DNA of 62,941 nucleotides, counting the filler, from Nemertoderma westbladi (Eukaryota; Animalia; Xenacoelomorpha), in NCBI GenBank assembly GCA_032718475.1. It is 3 parts of 3 records of this genome, joined end to end, with 100 filler letters (N's around TTAATTAATTAA, not from the genome) between each part and the next. Parts side by side here need not be neighbours in the genome. Positions count along the whole stretch, not along the records: positions 1 to 22,971 come from JAUCBJ010007060.1; positions 23,072 to 50,057 come from JAUCBJ010008956.1; 1 more part is not named here. The stretch is one strand, 5' to 3'. The position numbers and the translations under genes were made by a program. Below are positions 10,546-23,938 of the stretch, piece by piece (within the stretch, counting starts at the first letter, position 1; each line of letters starts with the position of its first letter). Under the pieces are notes generated by a model, which worked only from the letters and a program-made list of their open reading frames with translations, ran no database searches and was not told the DNA's origin.

Positions 10546-13124
10546 ATATTCAGGGGGCATAGACGCTCTGAAAGCCATGAAAGAAACCCGGACGAGTGGT
10601 TACTATGATTCGAATCTTACACGGCAGGAGGAAAACATACAGACAAAACAATAGACATGGTATACACCTCAGATTCTATTTCTTCTCGAAGGAACAGGAG
10701 CGTTATTATATGGAAAAACGGAACTAACTTCACAAGTCATGATCTAATGGCTGCCTCATCAAAGACGAGTCTGGAAATAATTCAACAGAAGATAACATCG
10801 TTGGGATCTACAGGATTGGATGACCTCGGTTGATGGTTATTGCATAACGTATCAAGTGCTAACATAGGACAGCAGCAGATAATCGAGAAAGACTTGGAAG
10901 AAATACCATTGAAGAAACGAAACGTTATTGAAACTCCATATTACAATGTTAAGCATTCCTATTTGAGTGAACGAGGATATTAATAATTTTTATACTTACT
11001 TACAACGTTCCTATATAGTAAATGATACCTATGTAGAAGAAATCCTATATATAATGATAAGTTGTATAAATAAATAATGAAGCATTAATTACATAATATA
11101 TTGGACATTTATATGACTCTAAGTATGTTATTACTTTACAGAACTATAAAATAACTTTATCGAGTATCTCACACACCCGATGAAAGATATCCCTCTAGTG
11201 ACCTTTACAAGAGGAGTTCCCTTACAAAGCACTCGAAATGTTTATTACATGAACCAACCTGTTGCTGGAGTTTAGTCCAATCTACTTTACCCGACTTCTT
11301 TGTGTTGTTGAGGAGGCTCCTCGTAGTATTGTGGCCTCGTGTTTATATCTGGCTTTCATCTACGTCCTCATCCTCCACTGGTAGACTTCCTTGGTTTCTC
11401 CTCATCCAGCGGCGGTACTGTGGGCCTGCCCGCTGCCATTCCGTCGGGCCGCACGCCACATATATCCCCCTGTTGACCAGTGGTCCCAGTACTCACCACC
11501 TCATCTTCGCGTGTCAAGCTGCGTTCCACATCCCATACTGATCCACACTCCTCACCCCGACTGATCCACATCCCTCCTCCGATTGATACAGTGTAGCAGG
11601 CTGGTATGGTACCACTGTATCACCACCTCACATATGGTTGCATCCTTCTCGCTGGGGGTTCAAGGTGGAGTGCTCCTCCTCTTGGAACCCTGAGGTGTAT
11701 CAGCGAGTTCAGGTCCACTCATCATCATTGTCGCTTTAGCTGTAGTTTCCACTGTGCGGGATCATGTGTTGGTCTCGGGATCCCGACTGTTCGACTTTGT
11801 GAATGTGTTACCTAAGCTCTGCCATGGCTTGTACCTCGTAATGGACTGAGTGGCCGAGAGTCCGTTCTTGGTGCTAATATTAATGTCCTAATGTTGATTG
11901 CACGGTTCACCGGTAACTGTTATTAGGCCAAGAATGCAGTTAAGGCTGCATCTAGGTCCCTGAACAGGCAGTACTCTGTTAATCTACAGGAGCTAATAAA
12001 CCAACAGGTTGATGCCATCAATGATGCTGACGACAGCAGGCAATCATCCCAGGCATGGAAATCGATCAATTTGCTTACTGGGCGGCAAAGCCAACCAACC
12101 ACCACGGTTAAGGCTGAATCACCAGCCGATCGCCTCAATGGTTGGAAAGCCCACTTTGAAAAGCTCCTCAATAATGACAGGGTATTGCCTGATAACTTTA
12201 TAGAAGTAAAAGTGTCTGAGTCTGTACTCCCAGATATTCCCATTGGCGATATCTCCTTTGCACAAGTGAAGGCTGCTGCAAAGAGCATTAAGACTAATCA
12301 TGCCAGTGGAGTTGATGGTGTTCCCCCTGAGGTCTTTAAAATACCTGGGTGTTTAAAGCTCATCTATCCCATCATAGTAGACATGTACCGAACAACAAGA
12401 GTCCCACAAGAAATGAAAACAAATAAGTTGGTGCCAGTTCCCAAGAAGGGCAACCTAACACTCTATGGTTCTTTTCGGGAAATCTCATTGATCTCGATTG
12501 CTGTTAGCTTATCCAATTCCGCTAACACAAACCCATAGAGTGAGCCATAAAGCAATATTGGGAGCACGAGGTTGATTACCAATCAACCTCGTGTCAGCCC
12601 AGTAAACGGGGACAATAGGCCCCAAAGGAGACACACACAATAGGGGTCAGGGGCCAAACCCCTAACCGAGAGAGAACACAGGGAGTGAAGGGAAACACTC
12701 CAAAGGGTGCCAACAAGGGTATCAACCAATCAGAGGGGGGAAAGGCATCGATTGAGTAGCAATAAGGCCACCGTGCAATATAACCAGTAACCTGTAATCA
12801 TTCATTCAGTTTACTCAGTCAGATCAGTAGGGTGGAACGGGGACTTCTGTCACCGTCCGCTACCGCCATCATACTTATCTACCGGTGACTGTGCTGTACT
12901 ATACTACATATATATCAGACTATTATACCTTATACATATAACCGGACACCAGAACTATTTTACCTTTCACACAACGGCGGGGACGCGTGGATAGAAAACC
13001 CAACGGATAAACCGGGATCCGTAGATCCCGTCACAGTGACAGAACTAGATCCGCCCAGCTGCCCTGACAGAGATAGAATAGAGCTACCGTCCTAGCTAGC
13101 GACGACCAGCTACCAAAGACGACG

Positions 13125-16100
13125 ATGAGTCGAGAGAGAGGAACGACACCGCCGCGGACCCCGGACGACGATCTAACGATCCGCGAGGCCACGGCGAGAC
13201 GATACGAACCCACGACGCCGATCGATGCTACGCCGACCACGTCGACGCAGGTTGACGCCACGTCGACAACGAGCAACCCGACGAATCAAGATGTGGGGGG
13301 TCGTCTACAACCGGAGAGTGAGTCGAGGGAAGGAGACGAGAAGGGAGAAGAAGAGAAAGACGAGTCGACGCGGAGCGAGGGTCGACATACCGATGTCACC
13401 GGCCAGCCACAGGCCGAGGACGACGAACGGTCCACCGGAACGGCGACGGTGGGGCCGTCGGTACGACGTCGGACCCGGAGAGATGAGGGAGATGTCGGTA
13501 CCGATGTCGCCGGCCAGCCACAGGCCGAGGACGACGAACGGTCCACCGGAGGGGCGACGGTGGGACCGACGGTACGACGCCGGACACGGAAGGATAGAGG
13601 AGATGTCGGCAACGAGGATGTCGGAGGCGGCGACCGGCTCCGACGAGCCTACCTCGCGACCCGAGAGCGACTGAGAGAGGCCAAAGGAGGGGCGAAGATA
13701 GACAAGGTGAGACTGAGGAAACGACTAGGTGAGTCGAATAGACACTTTGATTACCTAATGCGTTTTGGGCAGAGAGAACTAGCCGAGGAGAGGGCGAGGG
13801 GAGTTGCCAACGAACTGATCGAACTATGGGAATGTGGGGGTATGGAACCTAGCGTAGTGTACATAGGGCCATACTTAGTCGATGCCCGGGGAGTAAAATT
13901 AGTGGGTTGGAAGAGACCTGAGGAGGGCGAATCCAAGGTTAACTCCGAGGATTCGGTCTCATCGGTCGGAGGAAGTTCCAAGAGGCGGGGGAAAGTTAGT
14001 GGGACGGAGGGGCGACGGGAGTCCGTCGCAACCGATAAGTCTGCTACATCCTCCGTAAAAGAAAGACGGGTGCGAGAGAGTAAACGCATGGCGTATAAAT
14101 TAGAAATGGTTGCGACAGAGCAGAATGAGTTAGAGAGACGATTGAGAGAGGGAACCGCATTCTCAGAGAAGGTAGGAGAGTTGGAGAGGGAGTGTAGAGA
14201 GAGGGCCGAGAAGTGTAGAGAGGGAGCCAAGGAGTGTAGAGAGCGAGAGATAGGAGTAGAGAGCGAGCCGGCGAGGCGGCTTGAGATGCTTGCGAGAGAG
14301 GCAGAGTTGGCCGAGCAGAATATGCGAGAGATGGGGATAGAGGGTGAGCGCATGCGGGATGATTTGCGTGCTCAGCTAGGGAGGCTAGCGCAATATCAAG
14401 CCAAATTAGACCAGCGCCGACTAGAACTGGCGCGGTTGGAGATATCAGAGAGTGAGCCCCCACTTACAGGCACCGGGCGAGAGAGCCAGAACTGGTGTAG
14501 CCGTACGGGCGGGGGGTGTAGTAGTAGTACGTTAGAGACAGTTAATGTTAATAGTACCGTAGTAAATAACCCTAATCCCTTTATTACAGGAAATATTTTA
14601 CCCGGTAGTAGTAATTTAAGTTTAAATTCAAATAATAACATTAATTCAAATATTCAGAATAATTCAAATAATACGAATAATAATTTAAATTTTGAAAATA
14701 ATAACAATCCTAATTTAAATAATTTAAATAATAATCCCGTTTCAAATTCTAATAATTTAATTGATTTAACAAATAATATTGGGAATGGTGCTATTGATAT
14801 GAGCGTGTCGGACGTGCATAACCCGACAGACGGTGGCCTGGTAGGCCACGTAGTTAGTAGGCAGGAAGTGGCAGGGCTGAGCCAACCCGACGGCGGCCTG
14901 GTAGGCCACGTAGTTGGTAGGCAGGGGGTAGCGGGGTTGAGCCAACCCGAAGTGGCCTGTGGGCCACGCAGTAGTAGAGAGAGAGGCGGGGGTGAATAGA
15001 CCCAGCCGTAGTAGAGACAGTGCGTCGACTAGAGAGGGGTGTAGAGACGAAGTAAGAGATAGTGAAGTTAGATGTGGCGAGTGGGGGGGGGCTACCGGCG
15101 CCCCACCACGTAAGACTAGTGGCGAGAGAGGGGGGGCAGAGAATGCCCCACAAGAGGGACGCAGAAGTGTAGTAAGAGATAGTGAAGTTAGAAGTGGCGG
15201 GTGGGGGGGGGCTACGGGCACCCCACCGCGAGAAGTTAGTAGAGAGAGAGGGGGGGCAGAGAGTGTCCCACAGCCGTCAGCGGATAATGCGCGGGCCGAA
15301 TCAGGTAAACCGCAACAACCGGCGACGGAGAGTAATAGGGGGATTGCGAGTATCCCCAGCGGCGTGCGATCGAGCAGAGAGAGGCAGGTTGACGTCGCGA
15401 GAGGGCAGGCGAAGCGTCGAGCCCGATCAGAAGAGAGAAGAAGAACAGTGGAGTTTAACCGGGAGGTCGACGAGAGATCTCACGAGCCGGAATACTACAC
15501 AGAAAAGAGAAGAAGAGAAGATAGTAGAAGAAGTGTCGCCACGAACGATAGCAGTGCGAGGACGGATAACGGACCGTCGACAGTAGAGATGGAGTCAGGG
15601 AGCCAGTGGGGTCGAACTTCGGGAGATTGCCGTCGCCCCGGAGAAACGCACCGCACGCCAAGAGAGGGGTACAGGAGGTACCAATACAAAGTCGAGAACA
15701 GGAGAGGGGATCGAAGAGAAGCTTCCCGACGGGATATAGCTGCCGATCGAGAGTGCAGTAGTCGCGGGGAGATTCGAGATTCGCGAAGAATAAACTTCGG
15801 TTCGGAAGGGCACATGCAGACTGCAGGACATACTGTAGGCCTTACTGCACATACTATTATAGGCCATGCTGGGAGAGATAGAGTAGGCGATGGGGTAGCG
15901 CGAACGACGGGATTAAACCCGGAAGTCGCGGAGTACATACCGGTAGGTAGGCGAGAGGTAGGTAGGCCTATATCGGTACAGCAGCATGACTATAATACAC
16001 AGGGACATAACATATATCCAGGGGAGGGGGGAGTTATTGGAGATAGACGTATGGGCCCCAATGTATTAACATCAACCCCAGTACCAAACATACCGGCTGG

Positions 16101-16821
16101 GGGGGGACAGGGTGACATTCCCCCATCACAATATCGACAATGTACCCCGATAGGAGCGAGAACATCGAACTCCCTGGACGAGAGCAGGTCGTGCGGACAG
16201 TCACCACCACACGCGGCCATACAGGGGACTACCAGTCCACAGTTAGCTGGTAGTAGGGCCACACCGTGGCAGGGACAGAAAGAAAATAACACCATAAATA
16301 AACACAATCCCAATATACCCAGTAGGCCGAGTCTAGACAACCAAAACATTAAATCGGTACATATAAACCTAAGCGCGATACGTGAAGGACTATACAGGAA
16401 ACGCTATAATCCAGGATTCCAATGTCAATTACATCGGGACGGAACCCATAAGACCAGGAGTTGCAAGTACTGGCAAGCGTTGCCCAAACGAGATCGTGTA
16501 GCCTACACAGACGCAAACGGACTATGTCATCGATGTGTGGTAAAAGGACACAGATCCGGAGAGTGTTGGAAAGGGAGAGGATATGAAAGGACTAAACCAG
16601 GGGCAGAGAAGCCCATTAGCAAACATAAGGGAGTCGGGAAAGTAGGAGGAGGCGTGTTGCATACACACGCAGGACGGACACAGTGCGAGGGGGCATTGCA
16701 CGGGCAGACACCGCGTATACCGAGGGACGAGCGGGGGTCGTCGAGGGCTCTTAATGCCAGCGCACATACGAAGGGGGAGGCCAGCAAAGGTAGCACCGAA
16801 GAGAGTGTGGCGAAGAGTTAG
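13125..16821 (+). CDS. Large Gag-like protein split by a frameshift near 14955 (ORFs 13125-14999 and 14959-16821)
   Basis: Coiled-coil, Asn-rich and internally repeated segments. The C-terminal CQLHRDGTHKTRSC...R......LCHRCVVKGHRSGEC matches BEL/Pao Gag knuckle spacing. The frameshift falls in the third copy of a 60-bp repeat (GLVGHVV). Confidence 0.75.
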
Positions 16822-16999
16822 AGGACGTATAGGAGGGCAGCAGGAGAGTGCCTACCGGAAGAAGGGGCACGTGAGAGTTTTTAGTCGTCCAAAGTTTTGG
16901 ACTGAGGGGGGTGGGAATGAGGGCGAGACGCCCTTCCCACGCACAAAATATAAAATAATTATTTAATTAAATAAAATAATTAAATAATAGAGTAGGTAG

Positions 17000-18560
17000 A
17001 AGTTAGGTAGTTAGGAGTTATTTAGGAGGTACGTAGTACCTAGAGTCAGAGTTAGTTAGTTAGTCAGTTAGCACTGATAGTTAGTGTTAGAGTAAGAGTT
17101 AGAGAGTCTCTCTACCGTTAGAGAGTAGAGTTAGTAGGTACGTAGTACCGTTAGAGATTAGTAGAGTTAGTAGGTACGTAGTACCTAGAGTTAGTTAGAG
17201 AGTTAGTAGGTACGTAGTACCTAGTTAGAGTTAGAGTTAGAAGGTACGTAGTACCTAGTTAGAGTTAGAGTTAGAAGGTACGTAGTACCGTTAGTTAGAG
17301 TTAGAGTTAGAGGGTACGTAAGTACCGCTAGTTAGTTAGAGTTAGAGGGTACGTAAGTACCGGTTAGAGAGTAAGAGTTAGAGGGTACGTAAGTACCGGC
17401 TAGAGAGTAGGAGTAGTAAGAGGGTACGTTGTACCGCTAGCTAGTAGAGAGAGCTAGAGTAGTAAGAGGGTACGTTGTACCGCTAGCTAGTAGAGAGAGC
17501 TAGAGTAGTAAGAGGGTACGTAGTACCGCTAGTTAGGGGTGTTAGTAGTAGCAGTAGAGGGTTGTGGGCACCGTAAGCGCCACGTAGTTAGAGTTAGTAG
17601 GGAATGCGCTGAACTTAGTGGGGCACGGGCGTGATGATGTGTTTGATGTAAGAGCAAGGTATGTTAATTAGGGTGGGTGCCGGGCACAAGAGGTGCCGGG
17701 CACAAAAAGAGTAGAGTAGTAGACGGGCACATAGGGTGCCAGGTAGTAGAGTTAGAGAGTTAGAGATAGAGTAGAGTAGTAGAGAAGGCACATAGGGTGC
17801 CAGGTAGTAGAGTTAGAGAGTTAGAGATAGTGTAGAGTAGTAGAGAGTGCACATAGGGTGCCAGTTAGTAGAGTTAGAAGGTGCCGGGCACAAGAGGTGC
17901 CGGGCACAAAAAGAGTTAGTAGAGTTAGAAGAGAGTTAGTAGAGTCAGTAGTAGTTCACATAATTAACGTACCCACTCTGCCGGCACTCAGAGCGTCACG
18001 TGTAGGCGATGAGACGTAAAGGGGATGTAGAGGAGTAGAGACGGGCACATAGGGTGCCAGAGAGTAGAAGAGTAGAGACGGGCACATAGGGTGCCAGGTA
18101 GTAAGTTAGAGAGGTAGTAGTGTAGTAGAGAGGGCACATAGGGTGCCAGGTAGTAGAGTAGAGCAGAGAGGGCACATAGGGTGCCAGGTAGTAGAGCTAG
18201 AGAGGTAGCTGAGTAGTAGAAGGGCACATAGGGTGCCAGATAGTAGAATGGTTGTGGGCACCGCAAGCGCCACGTAGTTAGAAGAGTGGAGTAGAGTTAG
18301 TAGAGCTAGTTAGTAGAGTTAGCAGAGCTAGTGGAGTAGAGTTAGTAGAGCTAGTTAGCAGAGTTGGTAGACTCAGAGGAGTCAAGTAGAGTTAGTAGAA
18401 GTAGAAAGTTAGTAGGAGTTAGTTAGACTTAGTAGAGAGTTAGAGTCAGTAGAAAGTTAGAGGCTCTCAGTTAGAGCTAGAAGTAGTAAGAGTTAGTAGT
18501 TAGCAGAGTTAGTTAGATAGTTAGAGTTAGTAAGCAGTAGGTAGATAGTATGATAGCACA
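17000..18560 (+). repeat. Array of short hairpins in C-poor (A/G/T) spacers inside the LTR element
   Basis: About 12 GGTAC-N3/4-GTACC units (17028-17527) and about 10 GGCAC-N5-GTGCC units (17682-18237), separated by (GAGTTA/GTA)-rich spacers. Confidence 0.9.
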
Positions 18561-21543
18561 GGGGTAGCATTAGAGATTAAAGCCTTAGGGAGTGACAAGA
18601 GAGTGGAGAGGTGATAGTGCGGAGTGCGAAGAGAGCGTGGGCGCAATTCAAGTGTGGGGGAGGAGAAGTGAGAGGAAGAGTGTGGGACGAGGAGGTCCGG
18701 GAGGATGAGAGAGTCGGAGTAGAGTGGTGAGAGTGTTGGGGAAACAAAAATTGTGTGAGAGAAGCGCACGATCGGCCCGACACGAGACGCCAGAGGGTAG
18801 TGACATCATACCCATAGGGAGCGGCCTGGAAAGCCGACTCCGAAAAAATATACCCACCCCACACCCGATAATAGATCGGGATCCAGCGGAATTGTAGCGC
18901 ACTTTGAGTTGGATGCTATCTTCTTACCGGGAAGATAGCATGGGGGGGAGTGTTAGCTTATCCAATTCCGCTAACACAAACCCATAGAGTGAGCCATAAA
19001 GCAATATTGGGAGCACGAGGTTGATTACCAATCAACCTCGTGTCAGCCCAGTAAACGGGGACAATAGGCCCCAAAGGAGACACACACAATAGGGGTCAGG
19101 GGCCAAACCCCTAACCGAGAGAGAACACAGGGAGTGAAGGGAAACACTCCAAAGGGTGCCAACAAGGGTATCAACCAATCAGAGGGGGGAAAGGCATCGA
19201 TTGAGTAGCAATAAGGCCACCGTGCAATATAACCAGTAACCTGTAATCATTCATTCAGTTTACTCAGTCAGATCAGTAGGGTGGAACGGGGACTTCTGTC
19301 ACCGTCCGCTACCGCCATCATACTTATCTACCGGTACTGTGCATACTATACTACATATATATCAGACTATTATACCTTATACATATAACCGGACACCAGA
19401 ACTCTTTTACCTTTCACACAACGGCGGGGACGCGTGGATAGAAAACCCAACGGATAAACCGGGATCCGTAGATCCCGTCACAATTGCTGCAATGCTATAC
19501 AATAGGATTCTATTAAATCGCATCAGGGATCCCATTGAGAGACTGCTCCGTGTAAATCAGAATGGGTTCCGTAAAGGTTGTGGGACCATGGAGCCCATTT
19601 TGGCACTTAGAAGGATAATTGAAGAGTTATCAAAAAAGAAAGACAGGCATGTGGCTGTTACCTTTGTTGACTTCTTCAAGGCCTTTGATTCAGTCTCTCG
19701 CTCACGTATGTTCAGCATACTTTCATTATATGGGATTCCTGATGAAATTATTGCAGCAATCAGATCAGTATACGATGGTTCGACAACATTTGTGTCTACT
19801 GTTGACGGTGACACAGAACCATTTGAAGTGTTATGGGGCGTCCTCCAAGGAGACACACTTGCACCATTCTTGTTCATTATTGTGGTTGACTATGTTCTAC
19901 GCATGTCCTTAGATCATCATAATGATGATGGGGTGATGATAACTCCACCTACTGGCTCCATAAGTCGAGGAAATCCTGCCAAGTACCTAACTGATCTAGA
20001 CTTTGCTGATGACTTAAGAGTACTCTCAGAATCATTAGAGGGAGCCCAACGGCTCCTCAGCTCATTAGAACATGATGCTTCTAGTGTTGGTCTTTTTATT
20101 AACTCCAGAAAGACCAAAATTTTGACAGTTAACTTTGAAAGTCCTCAGCAAGTCTCTGATCGGATGAGCATAAGCTCAAAGGATGGTATATTAGAGCATG
20201 TGGACGACTTCTGTTACCTGGGATCATGGATCCGGAAGTCGGGTGAGGACCTTCGAATACGTAAGGGAAAGGCATGGGCTGGGCAGCCTTGAATAGGCTT
20301 TCCAGGATTTGGAAGTCACCGGGAATTAATCAGAAACTTAAGGTCCGATTATTTAGAGCAGCAGTAGTTCCAGTACTCCTCTACGGGAGTCCACGCTGGG
20401 CTCTATCTGCTGAGGACACCCAATCTCTGGATGGCACATTCACAAGAATGCTACGCCGGGTTCATTGTGTCAAGTACAATGCACACATCTCCAACCAGAC
20501 ACTATATAACATTGGCGGTGTCTCATTGGTTCCCCCAAGGTTGACACTAGAACAAAGTCGCCTCCGCTTTGCAGGACGTTGCTTTTGCCGTGAGGACCAG
20601 CCAGTGCATAATCTTGTACTTTGGCAGCCTCATGGAGTGAATAAGCATGGTGGAAAGCCCATGACTTTCTTGAGACGCATCTTAAAGGACAGTGGCCTTA
20701 AAGATGCGGATGATCTAGCAAATGTCATGGGTAATAGGGAGTTGTGGCGGTGCAATTTTGTTGACAAGCCGGCACAGCATTCCTAAAAATGCAGCTGCAA
20801 TGCAGCATGCCAATCCTAGTAGTAGTAGTTATTAGGCCTAATGTAATAAGTTTGCTAGCACGGCAGTGGAAACTATTCATTCACCTACTGCCATCAGATA
20901 AATTGCCAACTGGCTAATAATGAGCACATACTGGTTTATATAGGTAATGAAATTGTGGTGAGTGAAATTATACATTGATCGAAAGCTCTCGCCCCGAGTA
21001 CGTAAACTATCGCTATCTTGAGGCTTATTTTACACTTATGCTTGCTTACGTGAATGCGTATTTTGTGTTCGCCACAACATGTTGTGTGTCAAAATCTCAA
21101 AGTGATTCGTATATTCCTAGCTTAGAATAAAATGTTAGCAAGTCAGCTGCAACTCGCAGACCAATCATCTCTTGAGGTGACCTCAGGCAGGAGGGTGTTG
21201 GTTATCTCTGCTTAAGTGCTGCCTGAGGAAGTATCACAACAAATACGAATCTGTCACACTAAACTACACGTTGGCTCTTATCTTGACTCTATCATCATGA
21301 GCATCTACGTGATGCAGACTGTCCTAACCCCTAAGCACGTGATCCTTCGCTATCTCGGGGTTTATTTTATGCTTGCGTGAATGCGCTAGGGGGAAAATGT
21401 CTGAAATAGGAATCCTTACACAATTTCGTTGTATATTATGCTTTTTAACTGATTCTTGGCAGATCTCTATTACACCAATGAATGCGTATTTGGGGAGGAC
21501 GTTGACCAGTATGCAGTTTTCCAGTCTGCTGGTAGGGGAGAAA

Positions 21544-22272
21544 GAAAGACCCAGAAAGACCAAAATTATGACAGTTAACTTTGAAAGTCCTCAGCAAGTC
21601 TTTGATCGGATGAGCATAAGCTCAAAGGATGGTATGCTTGAGCATGTGGACGACTTCTGTTACCTGGGATCATGGATCCGGAAGTCAGGTGAGGACCTTC
21701 GAATACGTAAGGGAAAGGCATGGGCAGCCTTGAATAGGCTTTCCAGGATTTGGAAGTCACCGAGAATTAATCGGAAACTTAAGGTCCGATTATTTAGAGC
21801 AGCAGTAGTTCCAGTACTCCTCTACGGGAGTCCATGCTGGGCTCTAACTGCTGAGGACACCAAATCTCTGGATGGCACATTTACAAGAATGCTACGCCGG
21901 GTTCATTGTGTCAAGTACAATGCACACATCTCCAACCAGACACTATATAACATTGGAGGTGTCTCATTGGTTCCCCCAAGCTTGACACTAGAACAAAATG
22001 GCCTCCGCTTTGCAGGACATTGCTTTCGCCGTGAGGACCAGCCAGTGCATAATCTTGTACTTTGGCAGCCTCATGGAGTGAATAAGCATGGTGGACAGCC
22101 CATGACTTTCTTGAGACGCATCTTAAAGGACACAGGCCTTAAAGATGCGGGTGATCTAGCAAATGTCATGGGTGATAGGGAGTTGTGGCGGTGCAATTTT
22201 GTTGACAAGCCGGCACAACATTCCTAAAAATGCAGCTGCAATGCAGCATGCCGATCCTAGTAGTAGTAGTAG
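21544..22272 (+). mobile_element. 5'-truncated RTE LINE
   Basis: RT C-terminus in ORF 21373-22227, whose N-terminal ~59 aa come from flanking DNA. (TAG)n tail. 14-bp TSD TGGTAGGGGAGAAA at 21530-21543 and 22273-22286. Confidence 0.93.
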
Positions 22273-22971
22273 TGGTAGGGGAGAAAATGTATGAAAGTGA
22301 TAACCTTCTCTCATTTCGTTATTTATATTGCGTTTTAGCTGATACTTGGCACTACTGCATATTTGGGGAGCGGGGACGATTTTTTTATTTTTTATATTTA
22401 TCGTAATATGTTATAATATTAATTTATCACTGTAACAAAAATGGGCTACCAGTTGTTCAGTTGTTGTTCAGACTTTCAGTTCAAGTTGTTCATAGATTCA
22501 AGGAAGATGGTGGTGAAGGTATAGTAGATGTTTGTGAAGCTGAAGATGATCTGATACACGTATTCGGGAGAAATTACCGCCCGTAATTTGGGAGGAGTGC
22601 TAGTTCTAGTTGAGTTGATTTTAATAAATAATAATGTAAGTTGCAACAATTATAGTGGCAGTCAGTTACCTTTTTTGTCTTGTTATGATAAAATCCATTT
22701 TCACATGAAAAAATTTGTCAAAAAGCGGTTACCCTACCCAGGGCATAGTAATGCCGAATTTTTTAACGGCTTGTCATTTTGACAGACGTTAGTTACCATA
22801 TATTTCGTTATGGTATCTAGTTTTTATTTAAGAAAGATATACAATAATTTACCTTCCTGAACAATAATGTAATAAAAAGTGGGCATTTTGACGGACATCA
22901 TGTTTTGGATAAAAAAAAACAATAAAAAACACTCAGACACTAGCTATTAAATAATTACTAGATAGAAGGCA

Positions 22972-23071
22972 NNNNNNNNNNNNNNNNNNNNNNNNNNNNN
23001 NNNNNNNNNNNNNNNTTAATTAATTAANNNNNNNNNNNNNNNNNNNNNNNNNNNNNNNNNNNNNNNNNNNN
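22972..23071. other. Artificial assembly linker
   Basis: 44 N + TTAATTAATTAA + 44 N, identical in form to 50058-50157. Confidence 0.97.
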
Positions 23072-23938
23072 TAACTCGAAGGATAGAACGTGAAAGAAGG
23101 TTGATACGGACAAATAAAGGAGAACCACTGGAGAAGAGACATGGGTTAATGTCCAGGGTCCATAATGTGAATAGTTTTCCCCGGGGCACGGGTGCTCGCG
23201 GGCGGTCTCTTTCGGGAGGCTGTAAATTTCTCTTCCTTCATCGTTTTCCTGTAATTATTGTGATCAGTGTCACAATTAAAAGACAAGAATGAATGATGAC
23301 GTGATGGAAAACTTGTCCATTGTGGTGTCTTATGGATACTACCCTATATCCTTCCTCCTCTTTACTCCCTTCATCGATCGACCAATCATAGTGGTATCGT
23401 GGTATGGATCATACCTCATCCTAATAAATCTCCTCACCTTCTTTTCCCAACGTTCTCGGAGCTTCGGGAAACGAATACTAAACCTCCCATCCCTTACTGT
23501 TCATCTGGATGCTAATATTGGTGTCCGCACCTCCTGTCAATGTCATATTCTGTTGATATTTATGATATCAGCTTCCACCCTCTCGTTCTTGATTAGATAA
23601 TCAACCACTTCCTAATTTCCTCAAGTCCACAACCGTGAAACAAGGACTGAAAGGACACGCGGATAGTTTGTGAACAACTGGTACCATTATGTGTCATAAA
23701 TCTGGTTGTTCACCTCCCTTAATGATTGGGGATATAAATCTTATGTAGAACAACTGAGGCAAACATATCATTGAACTGGTTGTTCCCTCATCGCACTGGG
23801 GATAAATTCAGTTGGAGATAGTCTTCGAATGTAACAATCCTCCTACTGAGATCGTATTTCGGAATATTTCTGAATACGACCTAGGTCTCCCCCTGCTCTC
23901 TACCACTACCATCAATGTCACTGTCGGAAAACATATTG

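Larger units (their letters stand above)
12502..19482 (+). mobile_element. Non-autonomous (gag-only) LTR element with BEL/Pao-type Gag
   Basis: Near-identical ~533-bp TG...CA LTRs at 12502-13035 and 18951-19482. 5-bp TSD ATTGC. PPT GGGGGGGAG at 18942-18950. No protease, RT or integrase motifs inside. Confidence 0.93.
11930..20827 (+). mobile_element. 5'-truncated RTE LINE interrupted by an LTR element
   Basis: RT reading frame runs 11930-12501 and resumes at 19483 (QNGFRKG, FVDFFKAFDSV, GVLQGDTLAP, FADD). It ends in (TAG)n. 11-bp TSD GTTATTAGGCC at 11919-11929 and 20828-20838. Frameshift near 20280. Confidence 0.93.

Noticed and set aside
11250-11830. GC-richer stretch with short ORFs
   Set aside because: No recognisable motif or termini.
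17000-18300. CRISPR-like palindromic repeats with spacers
   Set aside because: Spacers are low-complexity and related to each other, there are no cas genes, and the context is a eukaryotic LTR element.
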